Positions 17,395 through 27,550 of a stretch of 64,000 nt of DNA are shown piece by piece. The notes under the pieces were generated by a model. That model had not been told where the DNA came from and did no database searches. It saw only the letters and a list, made by a program, of their open reading frames with translations. Source of the DNA: Candidatus Coatesbacteria bacterium (GTDB lineage Bacteria > JAFGND01); NCBI GenBank assembly GCA_016927185.1, contig JAFGND010000035.1:11887-75886 (forward strand), written 5' to 3'. The translations under genes and the position numbers were made by a program. Positions within the stretch are counted from its first letter, which is position 1; each line of letters opens with the position of its first letter.

Positions 17395-19470
17395 TTATAA
17401 GCCTATTTTATCAGAAACTTCCCTCATTCCCTGAAGAGCAATGCCTACGAACTCATCTAGCTTCAATCCAGCTTTTTCGCATTCCATAATGGTTTCACGG
17501 GAAACATTTCTTGCAAAATCCTTCTTGTTCATCCTTTTCGTAACACTCTTTACCTCAACACTCGCCACTTTCCTGTCAGGATATACAAGGGCAGTTGCAA
17601 ATATAAGACCTGTTATTGTTTCTCCTGCCGCAAGAAGATACTCCAGCCTGTTTTTTCTTGAAGGCAGATTCAGTCCTTCAGCATTGTGGGAAAGTATAAG
17701 ACTGATTATATCTTCTGAGAATCCCTCTTTTTTCAGAATCTCTGCTGTTCCTAATCCATGATTATCAGGTTCCTTGTTTGTCTCGAAGTCCAAATCATGC
17801 AGAAGTCCAAGGATAAACCATTTGGTCTCGTCCTGTTTCAGATATCTTGCAAGTGCTTTCATTACACCAGCACTTGATATGCAATGGTTCTTCAGGTTTT
17901 CTGAAAAAACATACTTGTTGAAAATTTCCCAGGCTTTTTCCAGCGAAATATCAAGATTTTCAAGGGATGGTATTTTCATTGGATCTTCTTCTGAAGATTT
18001 CTGCAAATTTTCTTTTTGAAGAGGCTTCATTAACGGGAAAAGAATGACATCCCTCAGATTTTCGCAGTTTGCAAGTAGTGCAACAAACCTGTCTATTCCC
18101 ATCCCCCAACCTGAAACAGGTGGTAGTCCAGTTTCCAGACACTTGATGAAATCATCATCCATATCTAGTGCGTCTTCATCTCCTTCTGTGCGAAGTTTTG
18201 CCTGGATTTCAAGCCGCTGCTTCTGATCAACAGGATCAATTAGCTCGCTGTAAGCATTAACTATTTCCCAGGAGTTGGCAATCAGCTGGAATCTGTCAGC
18301 GACATCAGGAATTAAATCATTTCTTCTTGCAAGCGGTGAAAGATCTATCGGATGATAAATAAGGAATGTTGGCTGAATGAGAGATGGTCTTACCACCTGT
18401 TTGTAAAGCTGGTCAATTAAAGAACCTCTTCCCAGTTTATCAGAGTCTTCAATAGTCAATCCCTTGCTTTTTATTGCATCCCCGAGTGATTTTGTGTCAG
18501 GATAATCATTGATATCAAGATCAACCCTTGATTTAATAAGCTCCTGGAAAGACTGTCTCTTCCATACTCCTGAAAAATCAAGAACATTATTCTTGAAAGT
18601 CAATGAAAGTGAACCTGTTACTTCTTTTATTACATGTTTCACTAATTTTTCAGTGAAATTCATATTGTCCTCAAAATCCCAGTAGGCACAATAATATTCG
18701 AGCATGGTGAAATCCTGAAGGTGGCTTGCATCGATGCCTTCATTCCTGAAAACCCTTGCTACTTCATAAACCTTGTCATAACCTCCTGCAATGCACCTCT
18801 TGAGATAAGTTTCTGGAGCAATTCTCAGGAATACCTCCATATCAAGTGAGTTATGATGGGTTTTAAATGGTTTTGCGAGAGCTCCTGATTTCTGGGTAAC
18901 GAGAACTGGTGTATCGACTTCTTCAAAACCATTGCTATCAAGGAAATTCCTTATTGAGCGAATGATTTTAGTCCTGAGTTTGAAAACCTGCCTGCTTGCC
19001 GGATTCATTATCAAATCAAGATATCTGTATCTGTAGCAACTTTCAACGTCTGTTAATCCATGCCATTTCTCTGGAAGCGGATGAAGTGATTTTGAAAGCA
19101 GAATGAAATCTTTTGCAAGAACTGTTTTCTCTCCAGTTTTTGTTGTAAAGATATCTCCCTTTACTCCGATATGGTCCCCCACATCATATATTTTCCTTGC
19201 GTAGTCAAACTGCTCTTTCCCCAGAGAATTCTGTTCAATAGCTATCTGAATATTACCTTCCCAGTCAGTTAGCTTGAGAAAGCTTAGTTTACCGAAATCC
19301 CTTGATGCAGTTATTCTTCCTGCAACAGAGACATCTTTTGTATCATCAGGAAGATTGGATGCTTCTTTCAGATTATAGGTTCTTTCAAAACGTGCTTTAT
19401 ATACTTTCTCGTTATATCCCTTCATTATTTCAATCTTGGATAATCTGCTATCTCTTTCTGAAAAAGACAC
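17395..19470 (-). CDS. lysS: Lysyl-tRNA synthetase (class II) fused to a C-terminal YqeK-like HD-domain phosphohydrolase module
   Basis: Residues 1-485 form a canonical LysRS (anticodon-binding OB fold, class II motifs FRNEGID, GLPPVSGWGMGIDR). Residues ~490-691 carry an HD-domain signature (NHCISSAGVMKALARYL ... ILGLLHDLD ... HGLGTAEIL ... ILSHN) that resembles the YqeK Ap4A-hydrolase family. Confidence 0.8.
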   Translation of the reverse strand: MSFSERDSRLSKIEIMKGYNEKVYKARFERTYNLKEASNLPDDTKDVSVAGRITASRDFGKLSFLKLTDWEGNIQIAIEQNSLGKEQFDYARKIYDVGDHIGVKGDIFTTKTGEKTVLAKDFILLSKSLHPLPEKWHGLTDVESCYRYRYLDLIMNPASRQVFKLRTKIIRSIRNFLDSNGFEEVDTPVLVTQKSGALAKPFKTHHNSLDMEVFLRIAPETYLKRCIAGGYDKVYEVARVFRNEGIDASHLQDFTMLEYYCAYWDFEDNMNFTEKLVKHVIKEVTGSLSLTFKNNVLDFSGVWKRQSFQELIKSRVDLDINDYPDTKSLGDAIKSKGLTIEDSDKLGRGSLIDQLYKQVVRPSLIQPTFLIYHPIDLSPLARRNDLIPDVADRFQLIANSWEIVNAYSELIDPVDQKQRLEIQAKLRTEGDEDALDMDDDFIKCLETGLPPVSGWGMGIDRFVALLANCENLRDVILFPLMKPLQKENLQKSSEEDPMKIPSLENLDISLEKAWEIFNKYVFSENLKNHCISSAGVMKALARYLKQDETKWFILGLLHDLDFETNKEPDNHGLGTAEILKKEGFSEDIISLILSHNAEGLNLPSRKNRLEYLLAAGETITGLIFATALVYPDRKVASVEVKSVTKRMNKKDFARNVSRETIMECEKAGLKLDEFVGIALQGMREVSDKIGL

Positions 19471-19589
19471 TTATACCTCCTGTTAACTGGAACCACTTCC
19501 AGTTATTTTGGCTTTTTAGACAAGGTAATAAATAAACTCTTGAAATCTTTAACTTGTTATTAATTGATGGCTTAAAAAGGAAAAAAATA

Positions 19590-20711
19590 ATGAAGGAAAA
19601 ATGGAGTATTGTAGAATTAAAAATAATGAGAAGGGCACTTGTGTTAGCAAGAAAGGGATTATACGGTGCTCATCCAAATCCAATGGTTGGCTGCGTGATT
19701 GCCAAGAATGGCAGAATAATTTCTGAAGGATATCATAAGGAGTTTGGCTCTCTGCATGCTGAAATCATGGCAATCAACAAAGTGAAAGACAAATCCATGC
19801 TTGAAGATTCTGACTTGTTTCTTACTCTTGAACCTTGTACGCATATTGGCAAACAACCACCCTGCATTGATACCATAAGACAAATAAGATGGAGAAATAT
19901 ATATATTGCATCAGAGGATTGTGACAAAAGAGTTTGTGGAGAAGGGATCAAGATCCTCAGGAAAGATGGTTTTAGCGTCAGATTTGGACTGCTTGAGGAA
20001 GAAGCAATAAATCTAAACAAGGTTTTTTTCACTTTCAAGATACAGAAGAGACCTTTCATTACTCTCAAGGCAGCTGTTTCAACAAACGGTTTTCTTGCAT
20101 GGAAAGATGGACATTCGAAATGGTTGTCATGCGAAAAATCATTGATTGAGGCACATAAGCTGCGTGCAGAAGCAGATGGAATATTGGTTGGAAGGGAAAC
20201 TGTGCAAAATGATAATCCAGAGCTGACAACAAGGTTATTCAAGGGACGTTCTCCCAAGCGATTTATTATCGACAGAAGGAATAAGCTTTCCCTCAAATAC
20301 AAAGTATTCGAGCAAAAATCACCTGTAACGTATTATATTACTACTAAAAGAAATCTGCATAAAGAAGCACAGTTGGCAAAAAATGGACACAAAATGATTA
20401 TCCTTAACGAATCTAATAATAAGATAAACATGGAAGAATTGATGTTCAAATTGCATGAACTTGATATTTCACACCTGCTTGTCGAAGGAGGAGGAAAAAC
20501 AATTAGCGAGTTCATCAATAACTCCTTATTTGACAAGCTTATTTTATGTGTCACTCCTTTCATATTACCGCAAGGAAGAGGTTTTGCTTTTTTCAATGAA
20601 AGTAATACCTCTCATCCTAGTCTGGCATTAAAGCTTATTTTCCAAAAAAATATCGGGCAAGATTTATGGCTTGAGTACCAGCTTTTAAAAGAACCTTACG
20701 AATTCGCCTAG
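19590..20711 (+). CDS. ribD: Bifunctional riboflavin biosynthesis protein RibD (deaminase/reductase)
   Basis: The CMP/dCMP-deaminase zinc motif HAEIMAI ... PCTHIGKQPPC, followed by a RibG reductase domain. I place the start at the ATG at 19590 (MKEKW). The track's TTG 19554 is an alternative. Confidence 0.75.
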   Translation: MKEKWSIVELKIMRRALVLARKGLYGAHPNPMVGCVIAKNGRIISEGYHKEFGSLHAEIMAINKVKDKSMLEDSDLFLTLEPCTHIGKQPPCIDTIRQIRWRNIYIASEDCDKRVCGEGIKILRKDGFSVRFGLLEEEAINLNKVFFTFKIQKRPFITLKAAVSTNGFLAWKDGHSKWLSCEKSLIEAHKLRAEADGILVGRETVQNDNPELTTRLFKGRSPKRFIIDRRNKLSLKYKVFEQKSPVTYYITTKRNLHKEAQLAKNGHKMIILNESNNKINMEELMFKLHELDISHLLVEGGGKTISEFINNSLFDKLILCVTPFILPQGRGFAFFNESNTSHPSLALKLIFQKNIGQDLWLEYQLLKEPYEFA

Positions 20712-21518
20712 ATTTCTTCTTTCAGGAATTGTTTTTGTTTCATCTGGATAACCCAGGGGAGTTATTGTTGCTATAAAGTGATGTGCAGGGATGTTCAGGA
20801 CTGTTTTTGCCTCATCTCTGTCCATTGCACCAATCCAGCAGGTTCCTAATCCATGATTATAGGCAGCCAGGATAAAATGATAAGCAGCTATAGCTCCATC
20901 CTGTTCAATTCGTTTTGTCTTGTCAGTATCTATGCATACTGCAACAGCACATGGAGCTTTTGCAATTGGAGCACTGCTTGATTCTCTCAATGATGCAAGA
21001 AGTGATAACACTTCAGGATTTCGTATGACTATATAATAAAACGACTGACAGTTTCTTGAAGTTGGAGAAAACCTGCATACATCAAAAATCCTATTCAATA
21101 AATCGTTCGAAATATCATTCTTTTTGAATTTCCTTATACTCCTTCTCTTGATTAGAGCTTCATCTATAATCTGATAACTGATAATGGGAGAAAGAAAAGT
21201 CTGAAATTCAATTGTTCTTCCTTCAGGATCTTGTGCAAAAAAATTATAGATATTATACTTCTCATTTATCTTGGGAGATGAAGTAGAAATAGTCTTATAT
21301 TTCTCATATAAAGAATCAACTTGAGTTTGTTCATCATAAAAGAATGTAATAATTCCTTGTTTGTCTATTTCATCTCTTTCACAAAATCCAAGGAGCATAT
21401 TGCCATGCTTCAGGATTGTACATTCCGCTTGTTTCAGCCAGACTTTCATGCCAATACTGAGATAAAAATCTCTTATCATGTTGAGATTTTTTGTTTTTAA
21501 GAAAACAATACCTGACAT
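20685..21518 (-). CDS. Fusion of a glyoxalase/VOC-like N-terminal domain with a nitroreductase-family domain
   Basis: The C-terminal half has nitroreductase motifs (RRSIRKFKKNDI ... SPTSRNCQSFYYIVI ... GLGTCWIG). The N-terminal ~110 aa are VOC-like. Confidence 0.5.
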   Translation of the reverse strand: MSGIVFLKTKNLNMIRDFYLSIGMKVWLKQAECTILKHGNMLLGFCERDEIDKQGIITFFYDEQTQVDSLYEKYKTISTSSPKINEKYNIYNFFAQDPEGRTIEFQTFLSPIISYQIIDEALIKRRSIRKFKKNDISNDLLNRIFDVCRFSPTSRNCQSFYYIVIRNPEVLSLLASLRESSSAPIAKAPCAVAVCIDTDKTKRIEQDGAIAAYHFILAAYNHGLGTCWIGAMDRDEAKTVLNIPAHHFIATITPLGYPDETKTIPERRNLGEFVRFF

Positions 21519-22400
21519 TTAAACCTCCTTGTTAAGCAATACATATTCATCTCTATATAATGGTAAAGCCCTATGAAAAAACTCATTCAAATCTATCCAT
21601 GAATTAACGATAAGGTCAGATTCATTAATCAGTACTTTGTCACTTCCTTTTATGGAAATTCTTAGTGAATTTTCTTTTCCAACCGCCTGCAAACCCCATT
21701 TAAAAAAAGATAAATCCTCTCTTGAATCACCAATCAAAATAAGATGGTTCTTGCTATGGATCTTTAACAGATAATTATGAATTTCTTTTACTTTATCCTC
21801 ACCCGTCAATATCTTTGGAGCTGAATTAATTGGATTTGCAATGCCTTTGACTTTTATATTGTGTGTTCCCAAAAGAGTTGCATATTGTTCTATTATTGGT
21901 TGAATTGTCTTGGATACTATTATTCCAGAAAAGTTATTCTGGGAAAGAGTTATAAATGTTTCCACAACTCCCGGATATATCCATCTTGTTATATTTTCAA
22001 GAGCATCATCAACAGTTTTCTCAGGGATTTTTGTAAGAATCTTGCTGAATTCCTCTATAAGGAATATATCTAGCTTCTTCCTTTTCTTGTTTGATATCAA
22101 TGAATCATCAATTCCAAGTTTTGTCCTGAATCTCCAGATTTCTTCTTTCAAAAACATATTAAGACAGCTTGAGTAAAATGAAAACCATTTTCCAGGAAAA
22201 ACAATTAATGGAAAAACAAGAAGCAATATCAAATCACTGTTTGAATAGCCATGAGTCAAGAAGGGAATAAAGCTTTTATGGATTGTTCCATCCAAATCAC
22301 TTATCCAGATGCCTTCACCAGACCATTTTGATAATCTGTCATATATTTCAGATATATCCTTTTTCCATATTAATCCCTTGAGTTTCTTCAACCTTTTCAT
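21519..22400 (-). CDS. HAD-superfamily hydrolase
   Basis: Motif I ISDLDGT and motif IV ILIGDSRED. Confidence 0.55.
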   Translation of the reverse strand: MKRLKKLKGLIWKKDISEIYDRLSKWSGEGIWISDLDGTIHKSFIPFLTHGYSNSDLILLLVFPLIVFPGKWFSFYSSCLNMFLKEEIWRFRTKLGIDDSLISNKKRKKLDIFLIEEFSKILTKIPEKTVDDALENITRWIYPGVVETFITLSQNNFSGIIVSKTIQPIIEQYATLLGTHNIKVKGIANPINSAPKILTGEDKVKEIHNYLLKIHSKNHLILIGDSREDLSFFKWGLQAVGKENSLRISIKGSDKVLINESDLIVNSWIDLNEFFHRALPLYRDEYVLLNKEV

Positions 22401-22637
22401 ATTAAGAAAGTATAGTTTCTATCTTCAAGCAAGATAGTCAAGCAAAAGTTTCTTGAAACAAGTTTAGTCTGCAAACCTAAGAACTCAGAATTCAAAGAAA
22501 ACAAATGAATCTTTGGGGGAGGGGATTCAGTTTTAAATATTTGCCAAGTTATGCTATATTATATTGCTGAATTGGTTCCTGTAAGTTTGCCTTAATGCTA
22601 CTTGACATATCCCTGTGTAATAAATTACCTGTTACAA

Positions 22638-23549
22638 ATGAGTATTGGAGAAATCTTTCAAGATAATAATAGTAACTATGCTTTGATTCCACTAAATTTG
22701 AGAATAGACAGTCCTTTAATAGTCAATACATTAATAGATAAGACATTTAGTGAAATATTTGATGAAAACAAGCCTTATAGAGGATTAGTATTTGGTGAAA
22801 GCAGAAAAATAAAAGAACTTCCATTCAAGGAGATTAATTATATTAAAGAAGTATATATTTCCAAAGGTTCTTCAAGATCAGATACAATAAGTAAAACAGA
22901 AAAGAAAGCAGGTAATTTAAAGACTCTAGCATATTTTCAGGTTTATAAAGACTGGAAGCAGTTCAAGAGAATGAATAAGAATTTCCTGCTATCTATTTCT
23001 GATAAAGTACCGTATTTCATAGCCTTGAATTCTGAAAAGAGAATAATCAGGATTTTCAAGATAAAGAAAGACAAACTGGTTTCAGGATATGGTCCAATAA
23101 TAATAACTTCAGAGGAAATCAGCAGGACTGGTTTCAAGATAATCAGATTGAAAGAGAAATCTTATCTTTTTATCAAATCCGAACTCCCTGATACAAAAGA
23201 AAGAATGTATGTAACCAAAATAAATATATTGAGAACTGAAACCAAGGAAACTATGTTTTATTCTTCAGTCAAAAACAAAACCCCTGAAACAGTGGATTCT
23301 CTTGTAATAAAGATAGATGATAATTTTATTGTAATTTTAGGAGAAAAAAAGGATCTTCTATCAGACCAGATTGACAAACCGCTTATAATGAAAAATGATC
23401 AGATTTTTGCCCCTTATGGCAAATGGATTGCATTCAGTCTTTCTGCAATAATAGATCTGGATAGTAATTTCAAGAAGATAGAGGAAGCTGCCAGGATGGA
23501 CTGGATTAGAATTGGCAGTTTTTTCGAAAAGCTTCTTGCTAAAAGTTAA
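22638..23549 (+). CDS. Hypothetical protein
   Basis: The ORF has no motif I recognise. The track's TTG start (22602) lies inside a TTGACA promoter-like hexamer, so the ATG at 22638 is the more plausible start. Confidence 0.35.
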   Translation: MSIGEIFQDNNSNYALIPLNLRIDSPLIVNTLIDKTFSEIFDENKPYRGLVFGESRKIKELPFKEINYIKEVYISKGSSRSDTISKTEKKAGNLKTLAYFQVYKDWKQFKRMNKNFLLSISDKVPYFIALNSEKRIIRIFKIKKDKLVSGYGPIIITSEEISRTGFKIIRLKEKSYLFIKSELPDTKERMYVTKINILRTETKETMFYSSVKNKTPETVDSLVIKIDDNFIVILGEKKDLLSDQIDKPLIMKNDQIFAPYGKWIAFSLSAIIDLDSNFKKIEEAARMDWIRIGSFFEKLLAKS

Positions 23550-25573
23550 TCAGCCGTTTTCTTTTGATTAACTTGATATATACTTACTTGATCCCCACCA
23601 TTTTGATGTGATAGCTTTAATGCTAGCTCAGCACATCTCAATAATTCGGTTATGGATAAATCCTTCATGTATGTTGTAACACCTGCACTTGCAGTCAAGG
23701 TTATTGTGGAATCTTCTGTTTCAAAAAGGTTATCTCTTATAGCTTCTATAAGATGGATAGCAACTGATTTTGCATCAAGGATTTTGGTTTTCTCCAGAAT
23801 AACGGCAAAAGTTGTTCCCTGGTATCTTGCTGCAAAATCCTCATTCCTGATATTTTTCCTTATCAGTCTTCCTATTTGCATAAGAATTCTATCCATTGTA
23901 TGCCTTTTATATGCATTAAGATCCAGTGAAACTTCATCGATTCCAATCAGAATTAATGAGAATGCCTCGGTAGAGATTTCTCCCTGAGAAACAAGATTAT
24001 GGAGTTTTTCTCTAAAGTGTCTATAAATTGCCAAACCAGTCAAACCATCCACTGTTGCTAATTTCATTAGTTTTGCGCTTGTCAATGCAAATACTATCTC
24101 TTTGTATATACCATCAATAATCTTTTTATCAGTTGAAGAAAATTCCTGATGATGCTTTTTATAACCTAAAACAAGAAATCCGAAAGGCTCATCGTCTTTT
24201 CTTAGCAAAGATAGCATAAGTTCTTTTCTTATGGTAGGTCCCACCTGCAGAAGATTATCTGTAAAAATAGTATTTGTTTCCCTGAAGGTTTTTTCCATTC
24301 TGAAAGAATCTCTAAGAAGGTTTTGAAGCAAGATAACTAGATTAGGTGGAATTTTTTTCTGAATCAAGGCTTTAAATGAATTGCTGGTTTCTTCATATAT
24401 CCATAGCTCTGCCGATTCTATTTCCAGATTTGAACATAATGCATGAATAATCTCAGTAGCGACACTTTCCAGATCGAGTCTTGAACCAATTATCTTTGCC
24501 AACTCATTGTGAATATTCATCTCAACTACCTGTGTCTTTAGAGTCCTGTATTGTATTATATTTTGCATTATTATTCCAATAGAGGAGGCAAAAGAAGAAA
24601 GAGCAGCTTGTGCTTCAGGGGATATGGATTTGAATTTTTTGTCAACAAGGTCTGCTGTTATAATTGCATAAGGTTCATCATCAATGAAAATAGGTGCTGT
24701 CAAATATTCTACGGATCTGTTTATATCAAATCTCCTTTTATAAAATTCGCTGAGCGTTTCGTTTTTTGATACTAGTATTGCTGTTCTGCCTGCAATTGCT
24801 GATTTTGTATAAGTATCCCAATCAAGGAGTATAGGAGTTGCCCTGAAGAACTCAGCTAATTTGTATGCATGGTTGCTACCTGGCCAATAAATATTATGAA
24901 ACTTCAAGGAATTATCATTAATAATAAACAACAAAGCTCTTGAAAAACCTAGCCTTTCAACAATATAACTGGTTAATTGTCCCTGTACGTCTTCCAGACT
25001 ACTGTCAAGGCGAAATCTGTTTGAAATTTCAATGAGAGTTGATAAATGAAGAATGTGCTCATAATAATGTTCCTGTTGCTCTTTTTCAATCAAACTCATA
25101 TCAGCTGTATTAAGCCCTTTATTTGTATCTATTTCCTTTACAAGGAGGTTAATTTTATCTGCGAGATTTTTGTTTTCTTCCTCAAGTTTTATAAATTCAC
25201 ACATTTCTTTTAAAACCATCATGGAAGTGAAAATTAAATAATTACTGTTATTCAAGAAATTTTCTGTATTTATCTTCAGGATATATCCTCTACCAAGAGT
25301 TTCTGGAAGCTCATCAGATTTTTCACTAAACAGAAATACAAAATAAGGAGTAAACTTGAAATTAGAAAGCCAATCTTTGAGTTCAGTTTCATTATCAGTA
25401 AAAATAAGCATGAAATTGTACCGCTTGATCTTCCTGATGATACTTTTATTTTTTGAGAATGAAATGTCAATTTGAGGTGCTAAATCTGGTATTGAAGAAA
25501 TAATCCTTGAAGCTGAATCACTTGATAAATTAGTAATAAATGTAAAATTTTCTAGGCATTCCATATTGAGCAT
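23546..25573 (-). CDS. GAF-domain signalling protein with a degenerate GGDEF (diguanylate-cyclase-like) domain
   Basis: The C-terminal GGDEF-domain profile is present (ATVDGLTGLAIYRHFREKL ... IGIDEVSLDLNAYKRH). The active-site GG(D/E)EF is replaced by RYQGTTF, so it is probably catalytically inactive. GAF-like regions lie upstream. Confidence 0.6.
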   Translation of the reverse strand: MLNMECLENFTFITNLSSDSASRIISSIPDLAPQIDISFSKNKSIIRKIKRYNFMLIFTDNETELKDWLSNFKFTPYFVFLFSEKSDELPETLGRGYILKINTENFLNNSNYLIFTSMMVLKEMCEFIKLEEENKNLADKINLLVKEIDTNKGLNTADMSLIEKEQQEHYYEHILHLSTLIEISNRFRLDSSLEDVQGQLTSYIVERLGFSRALLFIINDNSLKFHNIYWPGSNHAYKLAEFFRATPILLDWDTYTKSAIAGRTAILVSKNETLSEFYKRRFDINRSVEYLTAPIFIDDEPYAIITADLVDKKFKSISPEAQAALSSFASSIGIIMQNIIQYRTLKTQVVEMNIHNELAKIIGSRLDLESVATEIIHALCSNLEIESAELWIYEETSNSFKALIQKKIPPNLVILLQNLLRDSFRMEKTFRETNTIFTDNLLQVGPTIRKELMLSLLRKDDEPFGFLVLGYKKHHQEFSSTDKKIIDGIYKEIVFALTSAKLMKLATVDGLTGLAIYRHFREKLHNLVSQGEISTEAFSLILIGIDEVSLDLNAYKRHTMDRILMQIGRLIRKNIRNEDFAARYQGTTFAVILEKTKILDAKSVAIHLIEAIRDNLFETEDSTITLTASAGVTTYMKDLSITELLRCAELALKLSHQNGGDQVSIYQVNQKKTAD

Positions 25574-26721
25574 AACACCAATGTTTGATTGTGAAGCAAG
25601 TTGATTCCATAATCATTATTTTTCTTGAAAGGACCAAATTCTGCGAAAGTAAAGAAGCCTGCTATAGGAACATCTTCTGAAATAAACTCTCTTATATAAT
25701 TCAGTTCAAATGCCAAATCACATCCAAGTATAGCCTTTCTTGCACCACAAGAAAAGTAAAAAACTATCTCAGGTGATTTGGAGAAATGAGTTGTCTTTTT
25801 CATATATTCTGATACATCCCTTAACACTTCCATTTTATTAGCTTTGCTTACTCTCACGAAAGAGGTTTCAGGAGGTACATCACCTGCAAGTTTCAAACTG
25901 CCATCTTCCAGTATATGCATGGCAGCTCTTAATATGTAATCAAAATTATCTTTCTGATAAAGAGCTAGAGGATAAAATCCCAAATGCTGCTTAGGGATGT
26001 CCTTACCTAATATCTGTCTGTAAAAATCCTGAATAGTTAATCCATCTTTCAAAGTACTTACAATATTACCTTCATATTTTTCCAGATAACCTTCAGAACC
26101 TATCGGTTTCCATCCTTGTATAATATCAATATTAAATTCAAATGTTCCAGCTAATAGCAACAAGACAACTCCATTACTGTAACACGACCAGTTGTAAAAT
26201 TGATAAGCTTCTTTGAAATCAAGATTGTCTCCAGTTGTTCCTCCCGTTATAGGTGTTTTCCCTTTAAGTATATCATCTATTCCTTTCAGTACTGCAGAAC
26301 CATTTCCTCTGAAACCGTCACTATGAAGAATTCCCAAGATAGGTTTTGCCTTTTCAAGAGACTTCAGAGCAGAAAGTGCTGCATTGATCCCAGCTTCATA
26401 TGAATTTTCACCGACACCTTCAGAAAAACCAACTCCAAATTTCATTCCATTACTTAAAAAACCTATAAGAAGAATTGTTGAATCCTGGCATCCTTCCTGA
26501 GAGACAATTCCATAACCAGTTCCTCCAATTAAAGGAATGGTCTCATCTTCAAAGACGGACAAAATTCCATCGAATACTTCATTATAATCATATTTTACAG
26601 TTCCATATAGAATTAATAAATCAGGACGTTTCTTCTTAAGGTCTTCTCTTACTTTTTCTGCAACTGATACTCCAGCCTTGAAAGCATTAAAAAGACTTGA
26701 AGTTGAATATGATACTTCCAT
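25552..26721 (-). CDS. FIST-domain (FIST_N/FIST_C) sensory protein
   Basis: ~389 aa with the typical FIST architecture. It overlaps the downstream GGDEF-like gene by 22 nt. Confidence 0.5.
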   Translation of the reverse strand: MEVSYSTSSLFNAFKAGVSVAEKVREDLKKKRPDLLILYGTVKYDYNEVFDGILSVFEDETIPLIGGTGYGIVSQEGCQDSTILLIGFLSNGMKFGVGFSEGVGENSYEAGINAALSALKSLEKAKPILGILHSDGFRGNGSAVLKGIDDILKGKTPITGGTTGDNLDFKEAYQFYNWSCYSNGVVLLLLAGTFEFNIDIIQGWKPIGSEGYLEKYEGNIVSTLKDGLTIQDFYRQILGKDIPKQHLGFYPLALYQKDNFDYILRAAMHILEDGSLKLAGDVPPETSFVRVSKANKMEVLRDVSEYMKKTTHFSKSPEIVFYFSCGARKAILGCDLAFELNYIREFISEDVPIAGFFTFAEFGPFKKNNDYGINLLHNQTLVLCSIWNA

Positions 26722-26813
26722 ATTTCTTAATTTCGTTGAATTCCTTTGATTTAGATTTATTTAGTGTTATAATTTGTCAAGCAAAGAAAACTTCCAGAGA
26801 AAAGAAAATGAAA

Positions 26814-27548
26814 TTAGAATTTTCCTCTATATGAAAGCTGCAGACTCCTGTTCCAGGGTTTATTATTTGCTTCAAGCAGGTTGCGGAATTCGATAGATAA
26901 TGATGCAGAAGGAGAAAGCAGAATTCCGAACTCCATATTCCAATATCCATCTTTATTATTTTCAGGTTTGTCTTCATTTACTGCGAAATGATATTCTGTA
27001 GTAAACAAGAAAGCTCCTATCTCTTTTTCCAGTCCAAATGATGGACTAATTCCTTTTTTCCCTTCCTGCAATACATATATCAATCCACCATGTATGGCAT
27101 TATTTCCAATTAGTTTAAAGGATTTACTTACTATCCCATAGAAGTTATTTGGATAGTGCCTGTTGCCTGTATAACCACCCTGTCCAAGTAAGTCAAATCC
27201 ATTTGAATCGTACCCTAAAGAAACTGCAGGAGTCATGCCTTTTTCAGGAAGAAGCTGAGCCTTGACAAATACTTCAGGCCATTCACCCCAATCTGGATCT
27301 CCTGATCCTATAACACCTCCAGCTCTATAAGAGACACCCATGGAAAAAATTTCATTCAAGCCGATACCCACTCCAACAAATGTACCTCCTCCAGGATAAG
27401 CAAGCAACAAAGCCTCATAAGATCCTTTGCCATAACCTCCTGCTGTTGGTAAATCAACCAATCTTATTGGATTAGGCCATGTTCTGTTTTTTTCAGCATA
27501 AAGATTTAAAGACACAACAAAAAGAATTATAATAATCAATTTACTCAT
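26814..27548 (-). CDS. Small outer-membrane beta-barrel protein (signal peptide, C-terminal Phe)
   Basis: The N-terminal signal MSKLIIIILFVVSLNLYA. Amphipathic beta-strands alternate throughout, and the protein ends ...LQLSYRGKF. Its size (244 aa) is comparable to PorT-type T9SS barrel proteins, but no specific assignment is possible. Confidence 0.45.
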   Translation of the reverse strand: MSKLIIIILFVVSLNLYAEKNRTWPNPIRLVDLPTAGGYGKGSYEALLLAYPGGGTFVGVGIGLNEIFSMGVSYRAGGVIGSGDPDWGEWPEVFVKAQLLPEKGMTPAVSLGYDSNGFDLLGQGGYTGNRHYPNNFYGIVSKSFKLIGNNAIHGGLIYVLQEGKKGISPSFGLEKEIGAFLFTTEYHFAVNEDKPENNKDGYWNMEFGILLSPSASLSIEFRNLLEANNKPWNRSLQLSYRGKF

Positions 27549-27550
27549 TT

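Noticed and set aside
19471-19589. FMN riboswitch upstream of ribD, or a T-box upstream of divergent lysS
   Set aside because: The gap is only ~85-120 nt and has none of the conserved RFN-element or T-box sequence features.
19733-20302. Long antisense ORFs in the track (for example 19733..20302, 50804..51418, 35891..36331, 11214..11510)
   Set aside because: They lie entirely inside well-supported genes on the opposite strand (ribD, gatE-like, SBP, AP-superfamily gene). They have low-complexity or hydrophobic translations with no motifs, which is typical of spurious ORFs in AT-rich DNA.
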